Positions 24,830 to 38,180 of a DNA stretch of 64,000 bases are shown piece by piece (within the stretch, counting starts at the first letter, position 1; each line of letters begins with the position of its first letter). The DNA is from Octopus vulgaris. Its lineage: Eukaryota. Location: positions 40,982,001-41,046,000 of the forward strand of contig OX597825.1 of the NCBI GenBank assembly GCA_951406725.2, in the 5' to 3' direction. A model generated the notes under the pieces. That model was given only the letters and a program-made list of their open reading frames with translations, had not been told where the DNA came from and ran no database searches. The translations under genes were made by a program, and so were the position numbers.

Positions 24830-26310
24830 ACTGGAAATCTCTTTAACTCATAAGGATGAATTTTAAGAGTAAGCTCTTTAAATTCCTAATTAAAGATCTC
24901 CTTTATGCTGATGACTGTAACTTGGTATCTAAAAGTGAAATCAGTTTACAGAATCTGATCAAAGCATTTGATGCTACTTGTGACATCTTTAGATAAACAA
25001 TTACTGCTAAGAAAACTCCAGTAATGTATTAACCCAAACCAGAGCAGGCACCTAATGTTTCTCAAATATATGTGAAAGAGAACAGGTTAGCTGCTGTCAA
25101 TTCCTTTAAATATCTTATCAGCATGTCTAACTTAAAGGGAACTTTGGATACAGAAATTGCATCTTCCATTCAAAACGAAGCAAAGTCTTTTGATTCTTTT
25201 ATGAATCATGTGTGGTTAGAATGACATACTACTCTTTTACTTGTTTCAGTCATTTGACTGTGGCCATGCTGGAGTACAGCCTTTAGTCGAAGAAATCGCC
25301 CCTAGTACTTATTCTATCAGTCTTTTTTGCCAAACTACTAAGTTACGGGGACGTAAACACACCAACATCGGTTGTCAAGTGATGTTGGGGAACAAACACG
25401 GACACACACGCACATATATATATATACGACGGGCTTCTTTCAGTTTCCGTCAACCAAATTCACTCACAAGGCTTTGGTTGGCCTGAGGCTATAGTAGAAG
25501 TCACTTGCCCAAGGTGCTATGCAGTGGGACTGAACCCAGAACCATGTGGTTGGTAAGCAAGCTACTTGCCACACAGCCACTCCTGCGCCTATAAGATCAT
25601 CACAAAAAAAAATTTTGACTTATGCATTTGTTCTATCCCTCTTCATTATTCAGCAGAAACATAGACTGTTTACATCCAACACATAAAACCCTTAGAATCC
25701 TTTCACCAAAAGTGTCTTCATCAAATTTTCAGGGTTGGGTGGAAATCGCTTACACTAGATACAAAGGTTTTAGAGGCAGCAGAAACCTCATCAATTCAAA
25801 CTATGCTGGTTTCCAATCAGCTATAGTGAACTTGTCATGCAATATGGATGGGAGAGGAGTACATCCCTAAGCATGTTTTTTTTTTAGTGAGCTATCTGCT
25901 GAGAAACAAAAATAGTGCAAGTCAAAGACTTGTAAAAGTAAATCTTGGGAAGAGGAATATACCATACAAAGATGTTGAATCTCTTACCCTTGACAGAAAT
26001 CAATGGCAGGAAAAGAAAGATCTGCTTAGGGGTAAGATAAACTAAAATATGCAAAAATGAAAGGGAATTGTGGGAAAAAAACCCCACCTTGCTAAACACA
26101 GAAATTGTATCATCTTTCAAGTTCTCCACAAGTGATAAGACTTGAATTTCTAAGGCAGGTTTAACTCATAATGGCTGGATTAACTCAGAGCTCATCATAT
26201 AGTTGGCCCAAACGACACAAAATTCATTCCAGCTGGCATGCTTGTATGCCAAATTTATTGTAAGACATGTAAGTCCCACATTGGTCTAAAAATGCATTAA
26301 AATATCCAGA
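24830..26310 (+). mobile_element. RTE-clade LINE 3' fragment, decayed, interrupted by a SINE
   Basis: IKDLLYADDC...LQNLIKAF...KKTPVMY...VNSFKYL...EIASSIQ; C-terminal zinc-finger remnants SKAGL and CKSHIGLKMH. Confidence 0.85.
25228..25590 (-). mobile_element. SINE family A, young full-length copy nested in the RTE LINE
   Basis: Reverse complement begins ggcgcaggagtggctgtgtggcaag...gggttcagtccca; CpGs retained; tail aaagagtagt. Confidence 0.93.
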
Positions 26311-27049
26311 ATTCAAACAAGACAGACAACATTGAGCCATTTGAGATGAGAAATATTTTTACTAGCTTTAATGCAAATTTCAAACAGCTGCTGAGACTCA
26401 GAAGCTACATTTGGGCTCAAGCACAGGAAAAGTACATCTAACAAGAGGTAGTGAAGTTTTGAATAGGAGCAGACTAACTCTATGTATATGTATATAAACA
26501 AACCTTGGCTCTGGAAACGAACTCATAGTGGCCTGTTGCAAGAATTTTTACAATGTTAAATTAAGTTATATCAAAAGTGTGCTGATTTATTGAAATTATC
26601 TTTGCTTTCAGAGAAAGATAAACAAACACTCAGTGGCAATTACAACTGACTCCAAATAACAATCTCAGATATTCTCAAGAGTCAAATATTCTCTAGAATT
26701 AACATGTAATTAAAGAAAAGTGAAATGAAACACATGTTTCTGCATCATCAGTATAATAGCTTTTTGACAGTAACACCAGCAGATATAAGTCATATAGAAA
26801 TAGGAATAGAGAAGATTTATACCCTTTGTTTGGTAATTTGCAAATGAAGTCATTTTCAGAAAATCCTTGATCCTTGATGTTATCTCCCCTTCTTATTCAG
26901 CATTGATCACAGCTACCATCAACAATTTATTTACATTTCTTTCAAAGCAAAGCGGATTTCAATAATTCAAGAATTTAATTTGCATAGTGTTAAATAGGCA
27001 TTTATTTGTCTGTGTATATGTGCATGTTTATATGAATGTGTTTTGTGTA

Positions 27050-27230
27050 AATCTAGCCATGTTTGTTTGTTTATAGCATGTAATTTAACAGTTCAATAAA
27101 GAAAGACTGATTCAATAAGTACCAGATGTAGAAATAAGAACTGCAAATGATGTAATCCACTAAAATATTGAAAGTGCTGCTCTAGCTTGGCCAGAGTTCA
27201 ATAATTCAAACAACAAAACAAAAGCCTATA
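27050..27230 (+). mobile_element. SINE family A 3' part, decayed
   Basis: gtaatttaacagttc...aataagtaccag...gtgctgctctagcttggcc. Confidence 0.6.
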
Positions 27231-27239
27231 AGAAGTAGC

Positions 27240-27976
27240 ATATCATCATCATCATCATCATCATCATCAACGTCCATTGTCCATGCTGGCATGGGATCGA
27301 TGGTTTGACTGGGATGGCACACTGGAAGGCTGCACTAGACTCCAGTTTTCTACAGCTGGATGCCCTTCACAACGCCAGCCACTCAGAGAATGCAATGGGG
27401 GCTTTTATGTGCCGCTGACATGGGTGACATTTGCGTGAAATCAGGGTGCATTTACATGCCAATTTGTATGACACCGGTATCTGTCACATCTGTGATTTTG
27501 CTAAGTTTTATGAATCTTCTTCACAAGCACGACATAATGCCAAAGGTCTGTCATTGTCTCCGAGAAGCCCAACACTCGAAAGGAGCCCATTCACTTTGCA
27601 TCCATGAGGCCCAACACTCGAGAGGAATTCAGCCATTTTACCTTCGTAAGGCACAATGCTCAAAAGGAACTCAGCCACGATGCCTCTGTCGGGCTAATAT
27701 TCAAAAGATGTTCTTTACGTGCCACCAGCATGAGTGCACTTGTCTTGATGGGTCCCCTAAAGCACATCACATTGCCAAAGGTCTCGGTCACCAGTCATTG
27801 CCTCTGTGAGGCTCAAATTTCAAAGATCATGCTTCACTACATCGTCCCATGTCTTCTTGGGTCTACTTCTACTACAGGTTCCCTCCACAGTTAGAAATCG
27901 GCACTTCTTTACACTGCTGTATTTGTCCATACGCATCACATGACCAATGACCATACTAATGCAGTCATCGTTCTTG

Positions 27977-27980
<4 letters not shown>
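27240..27980 (-). mobile_element. RTE LINE 3' end with repeat-rich 3' UTR and (GAT)n tail
   Basis: Minus strand encodes GHVMRMD...TVEGTCSRSRPKKTWDDVVKHDL; ~37-bp tandem repeats at 27550-27700; (CAT)n at 27242. Confidence 0.85.
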
Positions 27981-28037
<57 letters not shown>

Positions 28038-28053
28038 TGCATATATATATGCA

Positions 28054-28678
28054 TGCTAGCTGTTGGACCCATGACTACTACATGACTGTGACCATAAACT
28101 TTACCTAAATGTCAAATTTCATCCAAATCGGATGAATTCTGTTAAAGTTACACCATAAAATATTAATCCTATGGCTAATTGCATACAAAAAGCCTTTTGA
28201 TTTCTTAAAATCCGCTGCTCATGGATTTTTTGTGAACTCTTCATGCTGGCATCAAGTAATTGTCATGAACTGTAATCACGTGTAAAATTTCTACAAATCG
28301 ATAAGAATGACTCTAAGGAAATGCTTATTTGCGTGTATGCCCTTTTAAAGCCCTTTTGAATCAAATAAACACTTTTACCGTCTGCCCACCATAAAATTTA
28401 TCTACATTTCAAATTTCATGAAAAACGGATAAAAAATATAAAAATTACGGCCAAAAATAAAATCCCTATGGGTATTTGCACGCAAAGAGCCTATTGATTT
28501 TATAAAACTACTGCTTAGGCGCAATTATCGATTTTTTGTCAATGTCATATGCTGTCATCAACTCACTGCCATGAGCCTCACTCACTCATCGATTTTCATT
28601 AAAATCGGGCAAAAAACGCAAAAGCTGCAGGAAAAATAACATCTTCATGGGAATTTCCATTCAAACGCCCGATTGAAC
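28054..28678 (+). mobile_element. Non-autonomous Helitron/Helentron-like element with internal ~297-bp duplication
   Basis: Starts gctagctgttggaccc after a microsatellite; motif aaatttcat..aaatcgg occurs four times; accataa at 28091 and 28388; truncated by the CR1 insertion. Confidence 0.5.
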
Positions 28679-29240
28679 TTAGTTAGTTAGTTAGTTAATT
28701 TGGCTCAAAAGCAAATAGCAAGGCCATGTAGGGGGACATGGAGTTAAGTACAGGCTGGTGTTCATGTAAAGAGTTCAGGCCACTTGAGGTCCAGGGAGGC
28801 TTTGAACAAAGCGGTCGTCGGCATCTTCACCATCTCGTCTGGCAGCTTGTTCCACGGATCCGCAACCCGGACGTGAAAGCTCCTCTCCTTCGATTGAGAT
28901 GAAATCGTCGCAGGTAGAGCTTTTCGGAATGACCCCGCAGCCGACGCTCTGGAGCAGGAGTGAAGAACAGCTCTTTCGAGAGGTTACACTTTCCGCTTAT
29001 GATGTTGTGGGCGAGAATGAGATCACCACGGCGGCGGCGTTTTTCAAGAGAATAAAGGTCGAGCGTCCTCAGCCTTTCTTCGTAGGACAAATTTTTGAGA
29101 CCATGAACCATGCGGGTAGCCAGCTTCTGGACTCTTTCGAGATGCTGTATGTCTTTGAGGAGATAAGGAGAAGAGGCTTCAATCCCATACTCCAATATGG
29201 GTCTCACCAGCGTGACATAGAGTGGTAGGAATATGGCTTA
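28679..29240 (-). mobile_element. Young 5'-truncated CR1-clade LINE
   Basis: LYVTLVRPILEYG...SPYLLKDIQHLERVQKLATRMV.GL..LSYEERLRTLDLYSLEKRRRRGDLI; (CTAA)n 3' tail at 28679-28698; CpG-rich; frameshift near 28875. Confidence 0.95.
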
Positions 29241-29266
29241 CAAGGGTAAAATCAATTAATGAAAAT

Positions 29267-29330
29267 GCTGAACTGAAGATGGGAAATAAGTAAATATAAC
29301 TTTACTTTAATCCCGAAACGCGTATCTAGC
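29267..29330 (+). ncRNA. Minimal type I hammerhead ribozyme with canonical core, in a PLE-like fragment (~29241-29515)
   Basis: gctgaa-CTGAAGA-t-ggga[aagtaaa/tttactt hairpin]tccc-GAAAC-gc-GTA-tctagc; palindromic stem III ACGCGT. Confidence 0.75.
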
Positions 29331-29689
29331 TAATCTGAGTCGTGTGGATTCGATATTTTTTCTCTTTGCCTACGTAAAAAAGTTTGTTACTCTCTGGGAG
29401 ATATTTATGGTTGTGAAAAAGGTATTTTAACTACTATTTCTAAATTCAGTGCGTGAAGCAATTAGCTGACCCCCCCCTGATTATAATTATTCTTGTAATT
29501 ATAGAATATGTGTCTATATATATATATATAGAAGGATACTACGGACTGCACTGTAATCATCCCAGAAATACAGACAGTGATCTTAAAAGACATGTGATTT
29601 ATAGAAACGCAAATAGCGATGCATTAAATGTTTATAAATTCCATCAAAGCATTATTTTTATTATTATATGTATATGTATATATATATAT

Positions 29690-29850
29690 ATTAATTTTAT
29701 CTAGTTTCAGCTCACGAGTTGTGGCCATGCTGGGGCACAGCCATTCGTGTTTTGCTCAAGAACACGATGCGTTGCCTGGTCCAGAAATCGAAACCACAAT
29801 CTTACGATCATGATGCTGACACCCTAATCAGTAAGCCACGCACCTCCACA
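29690..29850 (-). mobile_element. Short tRNA-derived SINE
   Basis: Reverse complement reads ggaggtgcgtggcttactgattagggtgtc...gtggtttcgatttctgg (A/B boxes), with a family A-like tail. Confidence 0.7.
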
Positions 29851-29853
29851 CAC

Positions 29854-29896
<43 letters not shown>

Positions 29897-29899
<3 letters not shown>

Positions 29900-30106
29900 G
29901 AAGGGGTGCTGTTCCTAGGTTTAAGGGTGTTGAGAAGCGCCTGGTTTGAGGCCCAAACTTCCAAATTCTTTTAAAGGGCTTAGAAAAACTGAAGGACTAC
30001 TGTACTAAGTATATGAATCTGATCAGGGAATATGTTAAATAGAATCAAAATTTACTGATCCTCCTGTATTTTACCCAAAGCCAGGAACTTTTCATCACTC
30101 CCTTAT
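29897..30106. mobile_element. Mariner-derived MITE
   Basis: Imperfect TIRs gaaggggtgctg..ttcctaggttt / aaagccaggaacttttcatcactccctt; ~210 bp, non-coding. Confidence 0.7.
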
Positions 30107-30205
30107 GTAGGTAGGTGGTAAGTTGGTAGGTAGGTAGGTAGATAGATAGATAGATAGATAGACAGATAGATAGACAGATTGATAGATAGATAGGTATGTA
30201 GGTAA

Positions 30206-30261
<56 letters not shown>

Positions 30262-30360
30262 GTAGGTAGGTAGGTAGGTAGGTAGGTAGGTAGGTAGGTA
30301 GGTAGGTAGGTAGGTAAGTAGGTAGGTAGATAGGCAGACAGATAGATAGATGTGTGTGTG
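30105..30360. repeat. (TAGG)n/(TAGA)n tetranucleotide microsatellite
   Basis: Directly visible; source of ORF 30103-30432. Confidence 0.97.
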
Positions 30361-31367
30361 CATATATATTAATAAATGCTCACACATAAATATATTAGTG
30401 CATACTAGTAGAGTGGCTATTAAAGTAATCAAAAGGTGTTAAGAACATTCTAACAAGATTATCACTACCAATATAAGAATCTTCTTTCTTTTGAGTTCTT
30501 TGACTACTGAATACTCTTGCAGTTATAAAATTAGTAAAGAACATATTCTCTATATTTTATTACAGTTTGTTTCCTTTAGTGATAATGACTACCCATTAAA
30601 TTTCAAGTTCTTTTAATGCTAATGCATGTATGATGTAGGTAGATCTTCAAACTAAAGAAAATGATGCATAGCATGTATTTTAAAAGTTGTTAGTATTTAT
30701 TTAGAACTTTATTAAGCTTCAAATTATTTATACTTCCATAGGCATAGAATATCACCTGATTCCTTCAGATTCAAGATGAAGTAAAATATAAATATCTTGT
30801 AAATAGTTATATTTGTGGCTGGCGAAGCTTAAGTCATTCATTTCAAGTTATATGAGGAAATTGGTTGTAAAGCAACAACAGAAAAATCTGTTTATTGTTG
30901 CTGTTTTGGAGGGAATAGCTTAAATGCCAACTGATCTACAGTCTGTTGGATTTGATGACTTAAGGTATCTGGTGCTGATGGACATAGTAACAGTTCTATT
31001 TCAGTCGTACCCTTTAAAGGTAGAGTTTCTCTTAACTTACTAATTGCATGGTCTTACATGTGCTTGAAATGTCAGTTTGTCATCTCTGCACAGGGTTAAA
31101 ACATGGATTTTTACAGTTGTTAAGGTATCCAGAATAAATAGTCATTGACATCGACAGGCGTGTATGTTTCTAATAAGTTAATCAATTATTACTTCCCACA
31201 AGATTGTAAAATTGTACAGCTAAATAAAAAACTATTTTGCATAAAATTGCATTTACTTGCATTATTAGATTTTTTAGCGTCTTTTTAATATTATTATTTA
31301 TATATTTGAGTTGTGATGGTGGTGTTGCAGATTACTTAAATTAAGAATATGGTTCTGGTATTCTGTA

Positions 31368-31679
31368 AGGTGTGGAGGCACAATGGCCCAGTGGTTAGGG
31401 CAGTGGACTCACGGTTGGAGGATCATGGTTTCGATTCCCAGACTGGGTGTTGCGTGTGTTTATTGAGTGAAATCACCTGAAAGCTCCACGAGGCTCCGGC
31501 AGGGGGTGGTGGTGACCCCTGTTGTACTCTTCTGCCCCAACTTTCTCTCACTGTTTCTTCCTGTTTCTTGAGTAATGCTGCAATGGACTGGCGTCCCGTC
31601 CAGCTGGGGGGAATACATACGCTACAGAATCCAGGAAACTGGCTAGGCTTGAAAAGGGTGCATAAATAAATAAAAATAA
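31368..31679 (+). mobile_element. tRNA-derived SINE family D with 9-bp TSD
   Basis: ggaggcacaatggcccagtggttagg...ggtttcgattccc head; V-domain-like atggactggcgtcccgtccag; TSD tattctgta at 31359 and 31680. Confidence 0.9.
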
Positions 31680-33007
31680 TATTCTGTAGTGCTCTGTCTC
31701 TGTAACTTTCCTAAGTTTTGGATAATATAAGGGTGGTTAAGTATTATTTATTGCAATTTCTATAACTGAAACACCATGTTAAATTTTCATGCTGCTAGGA
31801 TATTAACATCTCTTTCTTTACTTTTGTATGCTGTTGTCTATGATCAGACAATTTCTCTGTTATAAATTATGACAGTGCTTTTACATTGCCATTCTCTGCT
31901 TCTCATATGGTGAAGTACTTCTTTACAATTTTACAATTTGTTAGTGGGTTTGTATTGCTGAGCTTGCTGTTGTTATCAGCACAGAGGCATTCTTGAATGG
32001 ATATATACTACTGAGTAATAATCTAATGGATCTGGTTCTTTTCTACTATTTTAATCATAACTTCTATTTCATTTATAACCTTCCCAATTCTTTAAGCTAC
32101 TATACCCCTATGAGTAGCATTAATATGGTTACTCTTTGCAAACAACAATTTTCAAGCATAAATAACCCAAACAAGAAACACCACTGTAAAACAAACAAAT
32201 TATTAATACAATGATGATGACAACACACAAACAAAAACATCTTGGGACATAAAACAAATTAAGGAAAATTAATATAATATAATCTATAATAGTATAATAT
32301 TACAATACTATAATAAATAAACAACTGGGAAAATTATTATACATATATGCATACATAATTGCATGCATGAATATATGCAGTCAAGCATACATATACATAT
32401 ATGAAAGCATATGTGACCATACTAAAGTGTTTGTATGCATGAAGATAAACACAAATAAGCTTTTATATGAAACAAACAAAACCAATTAGTATTAAGAGCC
32501 AACATGCATAAATACAAAGCAGGAAAACAGGGATATGAATGAGAAACCAGTAGCTAGAACAAAAAGACAACATCAAAAGCAGCAACTGCAAAACAGCATT
32601 CAAACATAGAGAAAAACACATGCACACATATATATGTATACAAGGATACATGTCTGTGTGCAAGTATGTGTACATAAGTATGTATGTGTGTTTGTGTGCA
32701 TGTGATTACATGGGTAGATATGTGTGGGTGAATAGAAATCAAAAGTTCAACAATCAAGCTCACACATAGACATACAGACAGTCATCATCATAATATCACA
32801 TACAAAAGCACTCATAGTCCCATCACCACCCAAATTAAAATTATTTTCACAAGCATATGCACATGATTTATACAATATAAATAATTTAATATAACTATTC
32901 CTCATTAGACACCAAGATAAGAACAAAGAGCAGGAGTGGCCAAAGTGTGGTGCGCAAGTCACATATGACTGCCAATATGCAGCTCTTTCACTATTAATAT
33001 ATGTATG

Positions 33008-33212
33008 TGATGGTAAGCTGGCAGCCCATCAGGCAAAATTCTTAGTAGCATTTCATCTGCCTTAACGTTTTAAGTTCAAATACCAATGAGGTCAACTTTG
33101 TCATTCATCCTTTCAAGGTGAATAAAGTAAGTACCTGTTGAGCACTGTGACAGATGTATTGACTTACTCCACGCTGAAATTGCTGGCCTTGTGTCAGAAT
33201 TTGAAACTAATG
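33008..33212 (+). mobile_element. SINE family B, decayed
   Basis: gtcaactttgtcattcatcctttcaaggtgaataaagtaagtacc core. Confidence 0.8.
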
Positions 33213-33252
33213 TTGAAATATGTTGGCTGAGCTCTTTTTATTGCAGTTAATA

Positions 33253-34465
33253 TTGGGCTGGCAACTAAGTTCCTGCCATTTTTTAAAATTTTGGAATTTA
33301 TTGCATTTTTAAAATATAGAATCTATTTTTTTTGAGAATTCTATTTTTGAATCATTTTGGAATCTATTTTGTTATTTTTTTCTAGTTAGTTTTAGTTAAT
33401 ATTTGTTTATTTTCAGGTCATTTGAGCATTTTCGACACCTTTTTTTTCACTTTTAATCAAGGTTCTAAGGCCGCAAAAGCTGCCTGCAACATTTGTGCTA
33501 TGTATGAAGAGGGTATCATAGCTGAAAGAACCACTCGGGATTAGTATGCCAAGTGCAAAAATGGAAATTTTGACCTCATTCTGGCCATCCAGTTGAGTTC
33601 GATGAAGAGTGATTAAGCCAAATTTTGCAAGAAAATTCTTCAGACAACAAGGGAACTGGCAGAGAAAATGGAATGCTCCCACTTTGCAATAGAGAGGCAT
33701 CTTCACTCAATGGGAAAGGTTCAGAAGTATAGAGCATGGGTTCCGCATGCTTTAAGTGACAACAACAAAAATCAATGAGCCACAATCTCCACTGTTTTGC
33801 TTGCTCGTCACCACTCAACTCATGGACACAAGCAACAATTTCTTTACTGGCGATGAAAAATTGTGTCTGTACATCAATATGAAGCAGTGTACGTAATGGT
33901 TTAGCCCTGGTAAACAAGCAGCACCACACATGAAACAAGATTTTCAGCGTGTAAAATGATGTTGTGCATATGGTGGGACTGGGATGGGATTATCCATTAT
34001 GAATTGCTTGAACGGAACAAACAAATGGAACGACTCAACACGTCTATTCAAGAGAAAAGACCTAATCGACAGAATGGAGTTCTTCTGCTGCAAGACAACA
34101 CCTGCCCTCATATCGCCAATATGACCAAGGAAGCCATTCAAATGCATAGCTGGGAAGTGCTGCCACACCTGCCATACTCTCCTGATTTGGCACCAACAGA
34201 TTTTCACCTCTTTCGATCTCTTTCAAATGCTATTCGTGGAGTTTCGTTCAATACTGATGCAGAATTGAGAGCTTAGTTGGATCAATTTTTCGAGTTGAAA
34301 TCGGGTGGTTTCTACCAACGAGTTATTGAAAATCTAGTTGAATGTTGGTAAGAAGTGGTAAACAGCAAGGGTGAATACATTATTGTTTAATTAGTTGCTA
34401 TTTTTTATTAAACCTTTTAAAATATTTAAATTTAAAAAACGGTGGGAACTTAGTTGCCAACCTAA
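33253..34465 (+). mobile_element. Full-length decayed mariner transposon
   Basis: TIRs ttgggctggcaactaagttcc / ggaacttagttgccaacctaa with TA TSD; WVPHAL, TGDEK, MLCIWWDWDGIIHYELL, LQDNTCPH and HLPYSPDLAPTDFHLF motifs. Confidence 0.96.
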
Positions 34466-36589
34466 TACAAAAGCTAAAGAAGAAAAAATAAGCTTTGTAG
34501 TTATTTATAGGGTGTGAACTTATACCAGTGTCGTGCTGTGGTAATGGCCTTTTATTCTAGTTTTGCAAGAAGTAGGAACAGCATTCCCCAACTATTTCAA
34601 GTAAAGCCAAATATAAAACTGTAAGGAATCTTCTAATTACTACCCTTCTATTTTAATTGTTGGTCTATTACTTTCTCTATATGTTTTCCATTCAAGTTGC
34701 AATGAAGAAGATATAAGTGTATAAGAATACAATGTACGCACATGGATTGTTATCTTCAGCACTCTCTTCTAAAACGCTTGAAAGTGACAAGAAATGGGAA
34801 AATTTAAATGTTTCTTCTGTTCTTTATTTTTCACCACTTGTCATGTTTCTGTTCACAATGGCTATTGTCAAATTAACTGCTAAGAATGATAATGATATCA
34901 TTTATTAATTCAATAATTTATATTATTTTGATTCATGGTGGTACACCCAACCTCCAATAGAACAATGAGCAACAGAAATAATTCCAAATGATAATGTTAG
35001 ATATGACTGAGGCAGAAGAATATCAGAAGACTGAGTTCAGGGATACGAGCGTTAAACATTTGGGTACACAGAGGAAGTGGAGTGGGACTCATCACAAATA
35101 GTTTTATGAGTCTAGTCTTGACTGCATTCATTATGTACATTAATGCAGTGTAATACAAGCAGTTCAAACTGTATATAGCTGTTGGTAGACTTTAAATACA
35201 AGTTTTGTATATAAGTTTCTATGGAAAAAAGATGACAACAAATTGCAAGAAACAAAATTATGAAGATTTAAGCAGAAATTTTAAGCCAGAATAGTAAGAT
35301 TTTGCCTTCACAATTAAAGGAGATAAATCTTTGTACCTTCTTTGCCATTTAGTCATTATAATACCAGTCATTTCAAAACACACCATGAAATAAATCACAA
35401 AAAGTTTTTCGATATTTATCCACCTAAATCAGAATTCAGGAAAACAAGTTGTGTTAAAACCATCATTAAATAGCCGGCAGATATTGTTTACAACATTCAT
35501 TATAGTAAGTGATATAACAGATAAAACCAGCCAGTTTTGTTGCATTGCTTGTGCTAAACACCTTTATCCTGATGGTGAATTCTTAAGAAGAATCTAGCTA
35601 ATGTTGTTTCAGTACAAGATCAAAATGGCACAAAAGTCCAGCAACTAACAGCTCAAACGTCAGTTTCGTGTCATACTACAGAGAGGGGTATCTCTCAGGT
35701 CAGTGCTGATATTCTAAGCAAAATGATTTTAAAAATTCCTTTGCAATTAGTTTAATGATTGACAAATCAACTGACATACAAGACAACCCACAAAAGGCAG
35801 TATTTGCTTATTATATTTCTTCTGTAAAAACAGATGGTGGAATTAAAAGAAATAACTCACAGTGACATAAAATGCACTTGACAAAGCATTAACAAATAGT
35901 GGTGTCACAGTGAATAAACTTGAAGCTTCTGCAATAGTACGGTTAATATTTTCTCCAGCCTGAAGTTCAATTTATCAATCCAAGTTGCAGGACATTATTG
36001 CTTTCAAACATTTGAATTTTACTGGATGTGTCTCCTATGCTAAGTTTGGCTACACCTGACACAGGGTAAAAAGTGAGATTTAAATAAGGAAAGAGCATGA
36101 GAAGAACATTGTCAAGGTCACAAAACTGTGATAGAATACCAAAAACCAGTTAATCCAGTTATTTACATATTTGCTAACCAAGTATCTAATTAAGTGGTAA
36201 TAAGTTTGAAGTAAAATAAATTCAGTGCATGTCTTTCCATTTGCAGTATAATCATTCCAAAAGTATAATATGATTTAACAAAAGATTTCACATCAAGAAT
36301 CTTGTAAATCACGTACATGAATGGTGTGCACACACACACACACACACATACACATTGGTGTATAAAATAATGATATGTAAAAGTATTCATGAAAAATATA
36401 TTCACATTCGAACATGGGAAAGGCATTCATTGTGGGATTTTGCTCTGGGAACAACTTCCTAGAGATTGTGCTTGTAAAAATACTGTACTGTATAAATGAC
36501 ATCAGAGAACCACCAGACATCATTGTTTTTGTTTCATTTTTACCTACACTGCAATAGACAGTGTGTCATTCCTTTGCAGGCATATATGT

Positions 36590-36682
36590 ACATACACATA
36601 CTCATACACACACACACACACACACACATACACACACACATATACACACACACATACACACACACATACACACACACAGACA
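36590..36682. repeat. (CA)n microsatellite
   Basis: Directly visible. Confidence 0.95.
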
Positions 36683-37489
36683 TATTTATTCATGGGTTTA
36701 CATGACACTGTAAAACTTTGGCAATGGTCACAGTTTTTTCTAATTTACTTATATAGTTTAGATCTGGGTTTGATGGCTTATTAATACTTGGTAGGGCCGT
36801 GTATTGTTATCCACATTAAAACCAAGTCCTTTGAAATTTTCAAGGGATCCGTTTATATATAACATTACAATGAGTGCAATAGTTACACACTGGAGGCTGT
36901 GTGACTGATTACCATGAATGAACTATGAACATATGTTGGCAAAGAATTGGATTGCTACATTTTTGTGTGGGGCAAGAGGTGAGAATTACGAGTATCCTGT
37001 AGCTGTGCTTAGAGTGGTGGGAATATTGTCACCATGATAGATGAATGACACTTCTTCACACAGCCAACCGAGAATCCTATTCACCTATCTTTTATGGAAC
37101 TGTTCAAGCTCTGTCATGTGTGTCTCATCCTTCTACCTATGAGTTAAGTGGATACCTCAATTTATGGCCATGTTTTGTCAGGAAACTCATGGAAATTTCC
37201 ATTTGAAATCACATGATCAATTGAAGGAAGCTAAAATACGATTAGTCAGAAATCAGGGCAAGTCATGTGATATGTGTGTGATTGGCCGATTTCACATTAC
37301 TAAGCAGATACAGTTTCAGATCTGAGCCCTACTACAATAGAAACACCATTTTATGCTTTCTATATAGATTTCTGCTTTTCCTCTTATTTTATTTTCATTT
37401 GATTTATCTGATAATTACATAGGTTGTACACTAAAACAACTCACAATTTAGAATTTCATACACTGAAATATTTTTGAGATTGTATATCA

Positions 37490-37740
37490 AGAAACCTAGA
37501 AAGGAAAATTATGATGTTCAATCATTTTCAAAAGCCAAACGGTTTAAACGAAACTGCTAAAAGGTTTAATATGAATGAAACAACTGTTTGAACAGGTTAA
37601 GGTTACAGAAAGGAAGGCAAATACTGGAGCCAGTATAATTGTGGAGTCTGCTTTAAACTTCGTGCATAGATAGCAACATCATGGAAACTATAGGAAAAAG
37701 CTCTATTTAAGACAGGAAATGAAAGCAGTGTTATGGACAG
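37490..37740 (+). mobile_element. pogo/Tigger transposase N-terminal HTH remnant
   Basis: LERKIMMFNHFQKPNGLNETAKRFNMNETTV*T resembles the Tigger pattern LE.K..I...E.G.....IAR.F.MNESTVRT; the TGA is consistent with CGA decay. Confidence 0.5.
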
Positions 37741-38061
37741 TAGTGGTACATACACACATATATTGAAATCAGGCTAATAAATATGATTACCATGTGTGTG
37801 TATATGTATAAACTATTTATCTACATGCTCATAGATAGACAGGCAGAAAGAAAGATAGATAGACAGATAGATAATATCAATATACATGTTCGATAATTGT
37901 ATTTATTATCCCCCATTTCAATACATAATTGCTTAAATTTTCTGTTTCTCATTATTCAAGATATCATTAACCTATACCTCTCAATTCACATGATTTCAGT
38001 TAGCATAGTGACTCACAGGCCTCTTTTGTCTTGGAAGCCAAGGGAAAATTTTGAGTATGTT

Positions 38062-38180
38062 CATACATACATACATACATACATACATACATACATACAT
38101 ACATACATACATACATGCACACATACATATGTATATCTGCATGTATGTATGTGTGTTTGTACGTGTATATGTATGAATGT
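38062..38180. repeat. (CATA)n / (TG) microsatellite
   Basis: Directly visible. Confidence 0.95.

Noticed and set aside
36950-37260. Very old mariner-like remnant
   Set aside because: No intact motif or TIR can be read.
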